46,425 bases of DNA, taken from an uncultured Methanosarcinales archaeon. Its GTDB lineage: Archaea > Nanobdellota > Nanobdellia > Woesearchaeales > CAZPJY01. Below, in pieces: positions 26,875 to 37,397 of this stretch. The stretch lies in the NCBI GenBank assembly GCA_964587045.1, contig CAZPJY010000013.1:1-46425 (forward strand), read 5' to 3'. Every line of letters begins with the position of its first letter. Position 1 is the stretch's first letter. The translations under genes and the position numbers were made by a program. Under the pieces are notes generated by a model. That model was not told the origin of the DNA. It saw only the letters and a list, made by a program, of their open reading frames with translations, and ran no database searches.

Positions 26875-27850
26875 CATCGCCAAGTGGTCCGAAGGGCTTG
26901 ACATCAAGATAATGGAGGTGTGCGGAGGGCACACCAATACCATCATGCGCTACGGCATCAGTGAACTTCTGCCCAGGAACATCGAGCTCATCTCGGGGCC
27001 CGGCTGCCCTGTCTGCGTGACCAGCCAGCACGACATCGACTCCGCTGTCGCGCTCGCTCTCTCAGGAGTGCCACTGGCAACGTACGGCGACATGGTAAAC
27101 GTTCCAGGCACGGAGATGAGCCTCGCTTCGGCAAGGGAGCGGGGAGCGGACGTCCAGATAATATACTCAGTTGACGAGATAGGGAAGGGGAGGACCCTCC
27201 TGGGAGTCGGTTTTGAGACCACCACTCCGATGAGCGCTCACGCGCTGAAGGCAGGGGTGCCATTGTTCTCAGTCCACAAGGTCATGCCCCCTCCGATGAG
27301 GCTCATCGCGAAGGACATGAAAATCGACGGCTTCATAGACCCAGGCCACGTCGCAACCATCACCGGAAGCGACATGTGGGAGGAGCTGGACCTCAGAGTG
27401 CCGCAGGTGATCTCCGGATTCCGTCCTGAGCAGATGATCAAAGCGCTGCACACGCTGATACGGATGATTCACGACGGCGAGACTGGCGTCAGGAACGAAT
27501 ACCCCGAAGCCGTGACTCCAAAAGGGAACGAGGCGGCCCAGGCTCTGACCAGGGAAACTATGGAGCCTTGCGACTCGGTCTGGCGGGGCTTTGGGAACAT
27601 CCCGCACTCAGGCCTCAGGCCCAAGGACGAAGAGCTGGATGCGAGGATAATACACAGGGACGTAATCAGCAAAGTTAGGAGCAGGGAGAACCCCGCATGC
27701 AGGTGCGGCGAGGTCGTGCGGGGGCTAATCAGGCCTGAGGAGTGCTCCCTGTTCGGCAGGAGCTGCACGCCCGGCAGCCCGAAGGGGGCGTGCATGGTAA
27801 GCAGCGAGGGCGCATGCGCTATATGGTTTGAGGTGAGCTCGCGTGGGTGA
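26855..27850 (+). CDS. hypD: Hydrogenase maturation protein HypD
   Basis: EVCGGHT, GPGCPVC, GFETT, PGHV and C-terminal CRCGEV...GACMVSSEGAC. Confidence 0.96.
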   Translation: MKELLNDIAKWSEGLDIKIMEVCGGHTNTIMRYGISELLPRNIELISGPGCPVCVTSQHDIDSAVALALSGVPLATYGDMVNVPGTEMSLASARERGADVQIIYSVDEIGKGRTLLGVGFETTTPMSAHALKAGVPLFSVHKVMPPPMRLIAKDMKIDGFIDPGHVATITGSDMWEELDLRVPQVISGFRPEQMIKALHTLIRMIHDGETGVRNEYPEAVTPKGNEAAQALTRETMEPCDSVWRGFGNIPHSGLRPKDEELDARIIHRDVISKVRSRENPACRCGEVVRGLIRPEECSLFGRSCTPGSPKGACMVSSEGACAIWFEVSSRG

Positions 27851-28805
27851 GCGCGTATCACTCGCAGAGGGCGGGGGCGGCGTCGAGATGAACCGCCTCA
27901 TCAAGAAGTGCAGGGAGCTGCTGGGCCCGACAGGGGAGTGGAAGCACTCTGACAACGACTCCGCAATACTTGAAGACCTGGTCTTTACGACCGACTCCTA
28001 CACCGTCGACCCACTTTTCTTCCCCGGGGGCAACATAGGCGATCTCGTCTTCTCAGGCACTGTCAACGACCTGCTCATGATGGGAGCAGAACCGCTCGGA
28101 CTCGCGGTAGGGATGGTCATAGAGGAAGGCTTCGAAAAGGACCAACTATTTTCCATACTTGAGACGGTCGGCAGGCTTTCAAAAGAGCACGGCATCCCAA
28201 TCGTCACAGGAGACACGAAGGTCATGCCGAAGGGCAAGGTGGACGGGCTGGTCGCGACGAGCAGCGGGGTGGGCAGGACCAAGAGGCCTTTCGACCTGCC
28301 CCTGGCTGAAGGGGATAAGCTTATCGTGTCTGGTGGTATAGGGGAGCACGGCGCAGCGCTGCTCGCGACCAGGTTCGGGATGGAGACCTGCCTTGAGAGC
28401 GACTCAGCACCCCTAACAAGGGAGGTTGCAGCGGTCGCCAAGAGCATCAAGCAGGCCAAGGACCTGACCAGGGGAGGGCTCGCGGCAGCTGTGAACGAGC
28501 TTGCACAGAGGGGGAAGGTGAGCCTGGAGCTTTGCGAGTGCCCTATGAAAAAGGAGGTCAAGGCAGTGACCGGCATGCTCGGTCTCGACCCGTACTCGCT
28601 GGCATGCGAGGGGAGGATGCTCTGCGTCGTGGCAGAAAAGGACGCAAAGAAGGTTGAGGCTGCGCTCAAGAAGCTCAACGCCTTGGCATCCGTCGTCGGG
28701 ACTGTGACCGGCGAGAGCCCGAAAGGCGAGGTGAGGCTGCACACCAGGTTCGGGAGCAGGATCCTTCCCATGCCTTCAGGCACCATAGTCCCAAGGATCT
28801 GCTAG
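27843..28805 (+). CDS. hypE: Carbamoyl dehydratase HypE
   Basis: TTDSYTVDPLFFPGGNIG, GDTKV, DLTRGG and C-terminal PRIC. Confidence 0.96.
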   Translation: MGERVSLAEGGGGVEMNRLIKKCRELLGPTGEWKHSDNDSAILEDLVFTTDSYTVDPLFFPGGNIGDLVFSGTVNDLLMMGAEPLGLAVGMVIEEGFEKDQLFSILETVGRLSKEHGIPIVTGDTKVMPKGKVDGLVATSSGVGRTKRPFDLPLAEGDKLIVSGGIGEHGAALLATRFGMETCLESDSAPLTREVAAVAKSIKQAKDLTRGGLAAAVNELAQRGKVSLELCECPMKKEVKAVTGMLGLDPYSLACEGRMLCVVAEKDAKKVEAALKKLNALASVVGTVTGESPKGEVRLHTRFGSRILPMPSGTIVPRIC

Positions 28806-28807
28806 AC

Positions 28808-29239
28808 TCAGTCGGCCGAACCTTTTGGGGGAGAGCCACTCTGCTGGACCAAGCTGCGCACCTTGTCCATGTCCACATTCCTCCCTGGGCAGGATTTCTT
28901 GACGCCCTTCAGCTCCCTGTGTCCCAGGACCTTTGCGCCCTCGTAGCGTTTGCACAGGTCTTTGATCACCCATATCAGTGAGCCCATCTGCAGTTCGGGC
29001 ACTCCCTCTGAGTCCTTGTCCCCGAGCAGGCACACTCCCACAGAATGAGCGTTGTGACCCTTGGCGTGGGCGCCCTGCACCCCTTCGTCGCGGCAGGGGA
29101 TGATGTTTCCGTCCCTGTCGATGAGGTAGTGGTAGCCTATGTCGTCCCAGCCGCGCTCCTCGACGTGAAGCTGCTTGATGCTCTCAGGCGTATCGTGCCT
29201 GCCGGAATGGTGCAAGATGACTGTGTCTATCCTTCGCAT
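28808..29239 (-). CDS. N-acetylmuramoyl-L-alanine amidase (Amidase_2, T7-lysozyme/PGRP-like)
   Basis: VILHHS, RGWDDIGYHYLI, GAHAKGHNAHSVGVCLLG and GHREL...KSCPG; the Zn ligands His/His/Cys and the catalytic Tyr are present. Confidence 0.92.
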   Translation of the reverse strand: MRRIDTVILHHSGRHDTPESIKQLHVEERGWDDIGYHYLIDRDGNIIPCRDEGVQGAHAKGHNAHSVGVCLLGDKDSEGVPELQMGSLIWVIKDLCKRYEGAKVLGHRELKGVKKSCPGRNVDMDKVRSLVQQSGSPPKGSAD

Positions 29240-29266
29240 GCAGAACCTTTGATTTGGGTAAATAAA

Positions 29267-30307
29267 TTATTTTCGGAGATGGTATGCGACCTGGCCGAAA
29301 GCGATGCCGCCGTCGCCAGCAGGAATGCGGGTGCTCACACCAACGCCCTTGCCCAGCATGAATGATGTCATTATGGTGTTGTACGCGCAGCCTCCGGAGA
29401 AAATTATCTGTTTCTTCATCTTGGCCGCTATGCTTTGCAGCCCCTCTGCCAGGTATAGCTGGACCGTCGCCCCAAGCCTTGCCCTGTCGCGGCCGATGTT
29501 TTCCACCAGCCACTCGAAAAGCGGCGTTGTGAGCAGCGTGTCCCCCTTGAATTTGGGCTGCAGGTCGTAAGGCTTGGTCGAGTTCTTCTCGAGCAGTATC
29601 GCGGGGCTGCCTTCGAACGTCCTCTCCTTTGAAAAGCCTAGCAGGGCCGAGGCTGCGTCGAGGACCCTGCCGCAGCTCGTGGTCATCGGCGAGTTGAAGC
29701 GATCCTCCCAAACCTTTCTCAAGGCGCCGAGGTTGGGCAAGCTTATGAGATTTCCAGCCTCCTTTTCGTCGAGGAATTTGAAGAGGATGCTAGCCGCCAT
29801 CTGACGCGGCTCCTTGGTTGCAGCGTCGCCTCCGAGCTGGACCTGCGGTTCGAGGTGGCCGACACGCCTGTCGTTGTCGAAGACCTCCCCTCCCCAGATG
29901 GTGCCGTCGCTGCCGTAACCGAGCCCGTCGCAGACCACAGCTGCGAAGTCGTCCAGGCCCTGTTCAGCTGCTGCTCCGTACGCGTGCGCCACATGATGCT
30001 GTACCTTTACCTGCTTGCAGCCGAATTCCTCAGCCAGCACCGAGCTGGCGTAGCCCGGGTGCAGGTCTGAGAGCACCGCATCAGGCCTGACCTTCCCGAC
30101 AGCCTTGCGGAAGGCCTCCAGATTGCCTAGCTCTGAAAGCGGGCCATAGGTCTCGGAGACGAGCGCCCTGCCGCCTTCCCACACGCAGTATGACCCGGCC
30201 ATCTCAGCACCCAATGCCAGGACTCTGCCTCCTGTGCCCGGCAAAGCCACCCTAACAGGCCTGTCCAGTTTCAGGACCAGGCGCCTGCCGCCTATCTCCT
30301 TATACAT
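29267..30307 (-). CDS. hypF: Carbamoyltransferase HypF, Kae1-like C-terminal part only
   Basis: DLHPGYASS, QHHVAH, DGLGYGSDGTIWGGE, TSCGRVLDA and GDGGIAFGQ motifs. Only 346 aa, with no acylphosphatase, Zn-finger or YrdC region. Confidence 0.9.
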   Translation of the reverse strand: MYKEIGGRRLVLKLDRPVRVALPGTGGRVLALGAEMAGSYCVWEGGRALVSETYGPLSELGNLEAFRKAVGKVRPDAVLSDLHPGYASSVLAEEFGCKQVKVQHHVAHAYGAAAEQGLDDFAAVVCDGLGYGSDGTIWGGEVFDNDRRVGHLEPQVQLGGDAATKEPRQMAASILFKFLDEKEAGNLISLPNLGALRKVWEDRFNSPMTTSCGRVLDAASALLGFSKERTFEGSPAILLEKNSTKPYDLQPKFKGDTLLTTPLFEWLVENIGRDRARLGATVQLYLAEGLQSIAAKMKKQIIFSGGCAYNTIMTSFMLGKGVGVSTRIPAGDGGIAFGQVAYHLRK

Positions 30308-30380
30308 AAGTAAGTGAGAAGTGTCAGGCTTTTTTATAGTTACCCATAATTATTTAAATTGCCTGTAATTCGTGTCGACG

Positions 30381-31379
30381 ATGCCAAAGAAAATCCGACC
30401 GCGGAACGTGCTGGTGACGGGCGGCGCGGGGTTCATCGGCTCCCACCTCTGCGAGGAACTGGTCAGGAGGGGGCACAATGTCGTGGCCTTGGACAACTTC
30501 CTGTCAGGCAACGCAGAGAACCTGGCGGCCCTGAAGGACAACCCCCGCTTCACGCTTCTCAATGGCGATGCGAACGATCCTGAGACCCTGAAGGACGCGT
30601 TCAGGTTCCAGAAGCCTCACTGGGTGTTCCACTACGCGGCAGTCGTGGGAGTGAAGCGCACTGAAGAAGACCCGACATCCGTGCTGAGGGATGTCGAGGG
30701 CCTCAAGAGCATCTGCGACCTGTCCAAGTTCTACGGGGTAAAACGGCTCATGTTCTCATCATCCTCTGAGATCTACGGCGAGCCCAGGGCACTGCCGGAG
30801 TTTGAGGAGTCTGCTGTTGATGCGAGGAAGCCGTACGCGCAGGTGAAGATCCTCGGCGAGTCATTCCTAAACGCGTATTATCAGAAGTTCGGCCTCGGCA
30901 CCACCTCATTTCGCTTCTTCAACGTCTACGGCCCTAGGCAGGATTTCACCGAATGGGGCTTTGTCGTCGGCATCTTCATAGACCGCGTGCTGCGCGGGCT
31001 TCCGCCAGTGATACACGGCGACGGCTCCATGACACGCCAGTTCGTCTACATCACCGACAACGTAAACGCGACCATCGCCGCAGTCACGAGCAAGAAGACC
31101 CTGGGCAAGGTGGTCAATATCGGAGACAACGTGCATTACAGGGCCAACAAGGGAACGACGATGTTGGAGCTTGCCAACAAGATAATCAAGGCAACCGGCA
31201 TGGAGAAGAAGATCAAGCCCGTGTTCGAGAAGGACAAGTATGCGGACAGCAGGCCCATACACCGCTTCCCGAGCACCGAGCGCATGAGAAAATATATTAA
31301 TTACAGGTGCCAGTACGACCTTGACAGGGGGCTCAAGGAGACTATCAAATGGTACAAAAAGCACGTTCTAAAAAGGTAA
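30381..31379 (+). CDS. NAD-dependent nucleotide-sugar epimerase/dehydratase (extended SDR)
   Basis: VTGGAGFIGSH, SSSEIYG, YAQVK (YxxxK) and FNVYGPRQ. Confidence 0.92.
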   Translation: MPKKIRPRNVLVTGGAGFIGSHLCEELVRRGHNVVALDNFLSGNAENLAALKDNPRFTLLNGDANDPETLKDAFRFQKPHWVFHYAAVVGVKRTEEDPTSVLRDVEGLKSICDLSKFYGVKRLMFSSSSEIYGEPRALPEFEESAVDARKPYAQVKILGESFLNAYYQKFGLGTTSFRFFNVYGPRQDFTEWGFVVGIFIDRVLRGLPPVIHGDGSMTRQFVYITDNVNATIAAVTSKKTLGKVVNIGDNVHYRANKGTTMLELANKIIKATGMEKKIKPVFEKDKYADSRPIHRFPSTERMRKYINYRCQYDLDRGLKETIKWYKKHVLKR

Positions 31380-32029
31380 TAGCAGTCATCCCCATGTACA
31401 ACGAAGGCACGCGCGTTGGCGATGTCATCAGGGAAACCCTACAGAGGGTGGACGAGGTCATCGTCGTTGACGACTGTTCAAAAGACGATAGCTACGCGGT
31501 GGCTAAGAAGACCAAGGCCTTCGTCATGAAGAACAAGTCCAACCGCGGGGCCGGATACACGACCAGGGCGGGCTGCGACATGGCCCTGAAGCGCGGGGCT
31601 GACATCATCGTCACGCTGGATGCCGACGGGCAGCACTCGCCCTCCGACATCAAGAAGCTCGTGAACGCAGTCGACAGGCGCGGGTACGACATCGTGTTCG
31701 GGTCGAGGAAGCGGAACAAGAGCATGCCTTTCGTCAAGCGCCTGGGAAACTTCCTGCTGTCGCTCTCAGCAAGCGTGATATTCGGCATCTGGGTCAACGA
31801 CTCGCAGACAGGCTTCCACGCCTTCACAAAGGATGCTTACCCCAAGCTCCGCTGGGAGTCGGACCGCTTCGGCATCGTCTCGGAGTTCGTCTACCGCGTC
31901 GCGAAGAACAAGCTACGCTACTCCGAGGTCACTGTCAAGACTATATATAACGAGAAGGGCATCGGCATGACCAAGCTCGATGCGGCGAAGTCAGTGCTCG
32001 CCATGGTCAAGTGGCGTTTTTCCAAGTGA
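31349..32029 (+). CDS. GT2 glycosyltransferase (DPM1-like, soluble)
   Basis: IPMYNE, VVDDCSKD, LDADGQH, GSR and DSQTGF. Confidence 0.9.
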   Translation: MVQKARSKKVIAVIPMYNEGTRVGDVIRETLQRVDEVIVVDDCSKDDSYAVAKKTKAFVMKNKSNRGAGYTTRAGCDMALKRGADIIVTLDADGQHSPSDIKKLVNAVDRRGYDIVFGSRKRNKSMPFVKRLGNFLLSLSASVIFGIWVNDSQTGFHAFTKDAYPKLRWESDRFGIVSEFVYRVAKNKLRYSEVTVKTIYNEKGIGMTKLDAAKSVLAMVKWRFSK

Positions 32030-32149
32030 AAAGTTTTATAAACACCTTCTGATTCCCTCCATCTTACCTATGACCAATGAAGGCGCGCGATTTCCGCGCC
32101 TGAGAGAGGAGCAAATTCTGTTGCTCACAAACTATAGGAGGGTAATCCA

Positions 32150-32470
32150 ATGGCAGAGGAATCCGACAAGGTATTTGAGGCGATAGAAATCGCCAAGGTG
32201 ACAGGCAAGATCAAGAAGGGCACCAATGAGGTCACGAAGGCCATCGAACGCGGAACGGCCAAGCTCGTGGTATATGCAGAGGACGTGAATCCTCCAGAGA
32301 TCACGATGCACCTGCCGCTGCTCGCCAAGGAGAAGGGCATCCCTTGCGTCGCGGTTAAGAGCAGGGAGGAGCTCGGGGCCGCTGCGGGACTTCAGGTTCC
32401 GACGGTCGCTATCGCAGTCATCCAGGAGGGTGACGCCAAGAAGACCATCAAAGAGCTCGCGGGCGAGTGA
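32150..32470 (+). CDS. rpl7ae: 50S ribosomal protein L7Ae
   Basis: [23 protein letters not shown] and [15 protein letters not shown]. Confidence 0.97.
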   Translation: MAEESDKVFEAIEIAKVTGKIKKGTNEVTKAIERGTAKLVVYAEDVNPPEITMHLPLLAKEKGIPCVAVKSREELGAAAGLQVPTVAIAVIQEGDAKKTIKELAGE

Positions 32471-32472
32471 AA

Positions 32473-32754
32473 ATGGCAGTCAAGACACGAAGGGACGGCA
32501 AGGATGACACCGGGAAGGGCAAGGTATTCTTTTCCTACGCTTTCCCTGCAAGCGTCGAGGAGATCATCGGCAGGACCGGTACCAGGGGCGAGGCCATACA
32601 GGTCAGGTGCAAGGTGCTCGAGGGAAGGGACGCCAATAAGATCCTCAGACGCAACGTCAAGGGTCCTGTGCAGGTGGGGGACATCCTTATGCTCCGCGAA
32701 ACAGAAATCGAGGCCAGGCCGCTCACAGCCAAGGGGCGCGGCACGGGCATATAG
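32473..32754 (+). CDS. rps28e: 30S ribosomal protein S28e (N-terminally extended)
   Basis: [16 protein letters not shown] and [19 protein letters not shown]. Confidence 0.95.
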   Translation: MAVKTRRDGKDDTGKGKVFFSYAFPASVEEIIGRTGTRGEAIQVRCKVLEGRDANKILRRNVKGPVQVGDILMLRETEIEARPLTAKGRGTGI

Positions 32755-32765
32755 GGGTGTTATGA

Positions 32766-32957
32766 ATGGCCAAATGCTCATTTTGCGGCGCTAAGATACC
32801 GTCAGGGACCGGCAAGATGCTGGTAAAGAACGATGGCAAAGTACTTTTTTTCTGTTCAATGAAATGCGAGAAGCATACCTTCAAGCTCAAGCACAAGCCT
32901 AGGGCCACCAAGTGGACCAAGACTGCGGCAAGCGTGAAGAAGGAGGTAAAAAAATGA
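32766..32957 (+). CDS. rpl24e: 50S ribosomal protein L24e
   Basis: CSFCG..I..GTG...V..DG...FFCS.KC...KWT pattern. Confidence 0.96.
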   Translation: MAKCSFCGAKIPSGTGKMLVKNDGKVLFFCSMKCEKHTFKLKHKPRATKWTKTAASVKKEVKK

Positions 32958-33433
32958 AGGAGAGAACCCTTGTGCTGGTCAAGCCCGACGGCGTGCAGCG
33001 CGGCCTCATAGGCGAGGTAATCAGGCGCTTCGAGAACGCGGGCCTGAAAATCGTCGGCATGAAGATGGTCTGGATCGACAAGGAGTTCTCCAAGAAGCAC
33101 TACAAATCCCATGTGGGCAAGTTCTTCTACGAGCGGCTCGAGAAAGCCATCACCGAAGGGCCTGTAGTCGCGATGGTGCTCGAGGGCATCCACGCTGTCG
33201 AGGTCGTGAGGAAGATTGTCGGCCCGACCGAGCCGAAAGAGGCTCCTCCAGGAACGATCAGGGGCGACTTCGCGCACCACTCGATGAGGTACACCGACGA
33301 GATGAAGAAGGTGGTAGCAAACATCGTACACGCATCGGGCAACGCTGAGGAGGCTGCGCAGGAGGTAAGCCTGTGGTTCGACAAGAGCGAACTGCATTCA
33401 TACATAACAGTACACGAGAAGCATACTTTTTAG
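32954..33433 (+). CDS. ndk: Nucleoside diphosphate kinase
   Basis: [24 protein letters not shown] and NIVHAS; ATGA overlap with rpl24e. Confidence 0.96.
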   Translation: MKERTLVLVKPDGVQRGLIGEVIRRFENAGLKIVGMKMVWIDKEFSKKHYKSHVGKFFYERLEKAITEGPVVAMVLEGIHAVEVVRKIVGPTEPKEAPPGTIRGDFAHHSMRYTDEMKKVVANIVHASGNAEEAAQEVSLWFDKSELHSYITVHEKHTF

Positions 33434-33446
33434 GAGGGAATGAAAT

Positions 33447-35636
33447 ATGGGAGAGAAGATGGTGGACAAGGTCACGAGGATCATGACCAAACCACAGCAG
33501 ATTAGGAATATCGGCATCGCAGCGCACATCGATCATGGCAAGACAACATTTTCGGACAACCTGCTAGCCGGAGCCGGCATGATGAGCGAGGAGCTGGCCG
33601 GAAAGCAGCTCGCCCTAGATTTCCACGAGGACGAGCAGACAAGAGGCATCACCATCGACTCAGCGTCAGTATCCATGGTACACCAATTCGAGGGGAAGGA
33701 GTACCTAATCAACCTAATCGACACCCCAGGACACGTGGACTTCGGAGGCGACGTGACGCGCGCCATGAGGGCTGTTGACGGATGCATCGTGCTCAGCTGT
33801 GCGGTCGAAGGCATCATGCCGCAGACCGAGACCGTGCTGCGCCAGGCGCTGAAGGAGAGGGTCAAGCCAATACTGTTCATCAACAAGGTGGACAGGCTCA
33901 TCAAGGAGCTCCAGCTCACGCCTGATGCCATGCAGGAGAGGTTCATCAAGATAATCAACGGCGTCAACACTTTGATCAGGAAGATCGCTCACAGCGAATA
34001 CGGCGACAAATGGCAGGTGAACGTAAACGACGGCTCTGTGTGCTTCGGATCAGCATTCCACAACTGGGGCCTTTCGATCCCTTACATGAAGGAGCACGGC
34101 ATAACCTTCAAGGAAATCATCGACGCCTACAAGAGCGAGGATCCTGATGCCTACAAGCAGCTCAAGAAGAAGGCGCCGATACACCAGGTCGTGCTGGACG
34201 CGGTCGTGGACCACCTGCCCAATCCCTTGGATGCCCAGAAGTACCGCATCCCGAAGATATGGCACGGCGACCTCGATAGCGAGGAGGGCAAGGCGCTCAT
34301 CAACTGCGACCCGAAGGGCCCTTCGGCCTTCGTCATCACCAAGATTGTCATAGACCCGCAGGCCGGCGAGATATCGGCCGGAAGGCTGTTTTCCGGGACG
34401 CTTACCAAAGGCAATATGGTTTACCTCAACAGGGCCAAGCAGGAGCTTCGCCTGCAGCAGCTGTTCATCTACAACGGCGCCAAGAGGGAGATCGTTGAGG
34501 TAGTGCAGCCTGGCAACATAGTAGGAGTCGCAGGGCTCAAGGCCATACCGGGAGAGACCGTATCCAGCAAGCCGATGGAGCCTTTCGAGCAGATAACCCA
34601 CATATTCGAGCCGGTCATCACCAAAGCAATCGAGGCCACCAAACCCTCTGACCTGCCCAAGCTGATCGAGGTGCTAAGGAAGGTCTCTAAGGAAGACCCG
34701 ACCATCGTAATCGAGATCAACGAGGAGACGGGCGAGCACCTGATGAGCGGCATGGGAGAGCTGCACCTCGAGGTCATCGAGAACCGGATCAAGACTGAGA
34801 AGGGCGTCGAGGTCAAGACCTCGCCCCCGATCGTGGTCTTCCGTGAGACCGTGACCAAGCCGGGCCTGGAGTTCGAGGGCAAGTCCCCGAACAAGCACAA
34901 CAAGCTCTATTTCACTGTACAGCCGCTTCCCGAGGCCATCAGCAACGCCATAAAGGACGGCGATCTGCCTGAGATGAGGATAAAGAAGAGGGACCTCGAG
35001 CTGAGGGACAAGTTCGTCGAGCTGGGCATGGACACCAAGGAAGCCGATAAGGTAAAGGACATCTTCAAGGGCAACGTGCTCCTGGACAGCACGAGAGGCA
35101 TCGTGCACATTGGCGATATCATCGAGATGGTCATGGACATGTTCGAGGACGTGATGAACCACGGCCCGCTCGCGCGTGAGCCGTGCACCAAATGCCTTGT
35201 CAAGCTCAATGACTGCAAGCTGCACGAGGACGCAATCCATCGCGGGCCTGCCCAGGTGTATCCTGCGGTGCGCGACGGCATCCGGGGATCCATGCTCACT
35301 GCCAACCCGCTGCTTTTCGAGCCTGTCCAGACGCTCCGATTCGAGGCGCCGCAGGCTTTCATGGGCGAGATCTCAAAGCTCATCAGCAACAAGCGCGGCC
35401 AGCTGCTTGACATGACCCAGGAAGGCGACCAGGTGATAGTGAACGGCAAGCTTCCTGTGCAGGAGATGTTCGGGCTCTCATCAGAGCTTCGAAGCGCGAC
35501 CGAGGGCCGCGGGACTTCATCGCTCGTTGATCAGACTTTCGAGCGCATGCCCGACGAGCTTCAGCAGAAGGTAATCAACATGATTAGGCAGAGGAAAGGG
35601 CTCAAAGAGTCAGACCTGAAGATAGGAGATGAGTAG
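33447..35636 (+). CDS. fusA: Archaeal elongation factor EF-2
   Basis: AHIDHGKTT, RGITI, DTPGHVDF, NKVD and the diphthamide-loop LHEDAIHRG. Confidence 0.98.
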   Translation: MGEKMVDKVTRIMTKPQQIRNIGIAAHIDHGKTTFSDNLLAGAGMMSEELAGKQLALDFHEDEQTRGITIDSASVSMVHQFEGKEYLINLIDTPGHVDFGGDVTRAMRAVDGCIVLSCAVEGIMPQTETVLRQALKERVKPILFINKVDRLIKELQLTPDAMQERFIKIINGVNTLIRKIAHSEYGDKWQVNVNDGSVCFGSAFHNWGLSIPYMKEHGITFKEIIDAYKSEDPDAYKQLKKKAPIHQVVLDAVVDHLPNPLDAQKYRIPKIWHGDLDSEEGKALINCDPKGPSAFVITKIVIDPQAGEISAGRLFSGTLTKGNMVYLNRAKQELRLQQLFIYNGAKREIVEVVQPGNIVGVAGLKAIPGETVSSKPMEPFEQITHIFEPVITKAIEATKPSDLPKLIEVLRKVSKEDPTIVIEINEETGEHLMSGMGELHLEVIENRIKTEKGVEVKTSPPIVVFRETVTKPGLEFEGKSPNKHNKLYFTVQPLPEAISNAIKDGDLPEMRIKKRDLELRDKFVELGMDTKEADKVKDIFKGNVLLDSTRGIVHIGDIIEMVMDMFEDVMNHGPLAREPCTKCLVKLNDCKLHEDAIHRGPAQVYPAVRDGIRGSMLTANPLLFEPVQTLRFEAPQAFMGEISKLISNKRGQLLDMTQEGDQVIVNGKLPVQEMFGLSSELRSATEGRGTSSLVDQTFERMPDELQQKVINMIRQRKGLKESDLKIGDE

Positions 35637-35715
35637 ACGCTGTAGGGAGAAAAGTTTATAAAGTCAAGGAAAATCCCACAGCTTACCCATTTCACAATAA
35701 AACGGAGGGGGTTAC

Positions 35716-36996
35716 ATGGCAAAAGGAAAAGAACACATAAACCTCGTGTTCATTGGACATGTCGATCACGGAAAGTCAACCACCGTCGGAAGGCTACTGT
35801 TCGACACTGGAACAATCGAGGAGCAGCAGCTCCGAAAACTGAAGGAGAAGGCGGAGGAGCTAGGCAAGGGCGGATTCGAGTTCGCGTTCGTAATGGACAA
35901 CCTCAAAGAGGAAAGGGAGCGCGGAGTCACGATAGACCTGGCCCACAAGAAGTTCGAGACCGACAAGTACTACTTCACCATCATAGACGCGCCTGGTCAC
36001 AAAGACTTCATCAAGAACATGATCACCGGAGCCGCTCAGGCTGACGCAGGCGTCCTGGTCGTTGCGGCTAACGACGGAGTCATGGCGCAGACCAAGGAGC
36101 ATGTCTTCCTCGCGAGAACTCTCGGCGTGAACCAGCTGATCATCGCTGTCAACAAGATGGACATGGTCAAGTACGACGAGAAGCGCTTCAACGAGGTCAA
36201 GGACGAGGTCACCAAGCTGCTCAAGACTGTCGGCTACAACTCTGAGAAGGTGCCGTTCGTTCCAATCGCAGCGCTTCCCGGCGACAACGTAGCCAAGAAG
36301 ACCACCAACATGTCATGGTTCAAGGGCAACTCGCTCCTCGAGCAGCTCGACCACCTCGACACGCCAGAGAAGCCTACCGAGCTTCCGCTCAGGCTGCCGA
36401 TTCAGGATGTGTACAACATCACAGGCATCGGCGTCGTACCAGTAGGGAGGGTCGAGACCGGCGTCATGAAGGTCGGCGACAAGGTCGTCGCAGTACCGGG
36501 CAGGGAAGGAAAGCCCGTCCCAGGGGAAGTCAAGAGCATCGAGATGCACCACGAGCAGCTGCAGAAGGCTGAGCCAGGCGACAACGTTGGCTTCAACGTG
36601 CGCGGCTTCGGCAAGAAGGACATCGCCCGCGGAGACGTCATCGGCACAGCTGACAACCCGCCAACGGTGGCGACAGAGTTCACGGCACAGATCGTGATCC
36701 TGAACCACCCGACCGTGCTGACTGTAGGCTACACGCCGGTGTTCCACATCCACACCGCTCAGACCGCATGCCAGTTCACCGCGATTCTGAAGAAGCTCAA
36801 CCCCGCCACAGGCGAGGTGCTCGCGGAGAACCCAGACTTCATCAAGAACGGCGACGCAGCGATCGTCACGATCAAGCCGGTCAGGCCGCTGGTCATCGAA
36901 CGGCAGAAGGACATACCACACATGTCGAGGTTCGCCATCCGGGACTCCGGCGCGACCGTCGCCGCTGGTATGTGCATAGACCTGGTGAAGAAATAA
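35716..36996 (+). CDS. tuf: Elongation factor EF-1alpha
   Basis: [28 protein letters not shown] and RFAIRD. Confidence 0.98.
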   Translation: MAKGKEHINLVFIGHVDHGKSTTVGRLLFDTGTIEEQQLRKLKEKAEELGKGGFEFAFVMDNLKEERERGVTIDLAHKKFETDKYYFTIIDAPGHKDFIKNMITGAAQADAGVLVVAANDGVMAQTKEHVFLARTLGVNQLIIAVNKMDMVKYDEKRFNEVKDEVTKLLKTVGYNSEKVPFVPIAALPGDNVAKKTTNMSWFKGNSLLEQLDHLDTPEKPTELPLRLPIQDVYNITGIGVVPVGRVETGVMKVGDKVVAVPGREGKPVPGEVKSIEMHHEQLQKAEPGDNVGFNVRGFGKKDIARGDVIGTADNPPTVATEFTAQIVILNHPTVLTVGYTPVFHIHTAQTACQFTAILKKLNPATGEVLAENPDFIKNGDAAIVTIKPVRPLVIERQKDIPHMSRFAIRDSGATVAAGMCIDLVKK

Positions 36997-37053
36997 ATTT
37001 TTTTATTTTCATCATATTCATGGTGAACCGACGCTTATCATGAGGCAGGAAGG

Positions 37054-37365
37054 ATGCAGAAAGCAAGAATAAAGCTCGCGAGCACGGACATCGAAAAGAT
37101 AAACCAGACGTGCCAGTACATCAAGGACATCGTCGAAAAGACCGGTGTCGAGATGCGCGGTCCTATCCCCCTGCCTACCAAGAAACTGCGCATCACCACG
37201 CGGAAGAGCCCTGACGGCGAGGGCACAGCCACATGGGAGAGGTACGAGATGCGCGTGCACAAGCGCCTCATCGACCTCGGCATCGACGAGCGCGCTTTGC
37301 GCCTGGTGATGCGTGTACCTATTCCTGAGGGACTCAACATCGAAATAGAGATGATTGACGTCTAA
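37054..37365 (+). CDS. rps10: 30S ribosomal protein S10
   Basis: [23 protein letters not shown]...[11 protein letters not shown]. Confidence 0.97.
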   Translation: MQKARIKLASTDIEKINQTCQYIKDIVEKTGVEMRGPIPLPTKKLRITTRKSPDGEGTATWERYEMRVHKRLIDLGIDERALRLVMRVPIPEGLNIEIEMIDV

Positions 37366-37397
37366 CGATACAATTATAAACCACCTTCTCATCTGAC

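Noticed and set aside
33447..36996. Inteins or introns in EF-2, EF-1alpha or the tRNAs
   Set aside because: Protein lengths are normal and the tRNAs fold without insertions.
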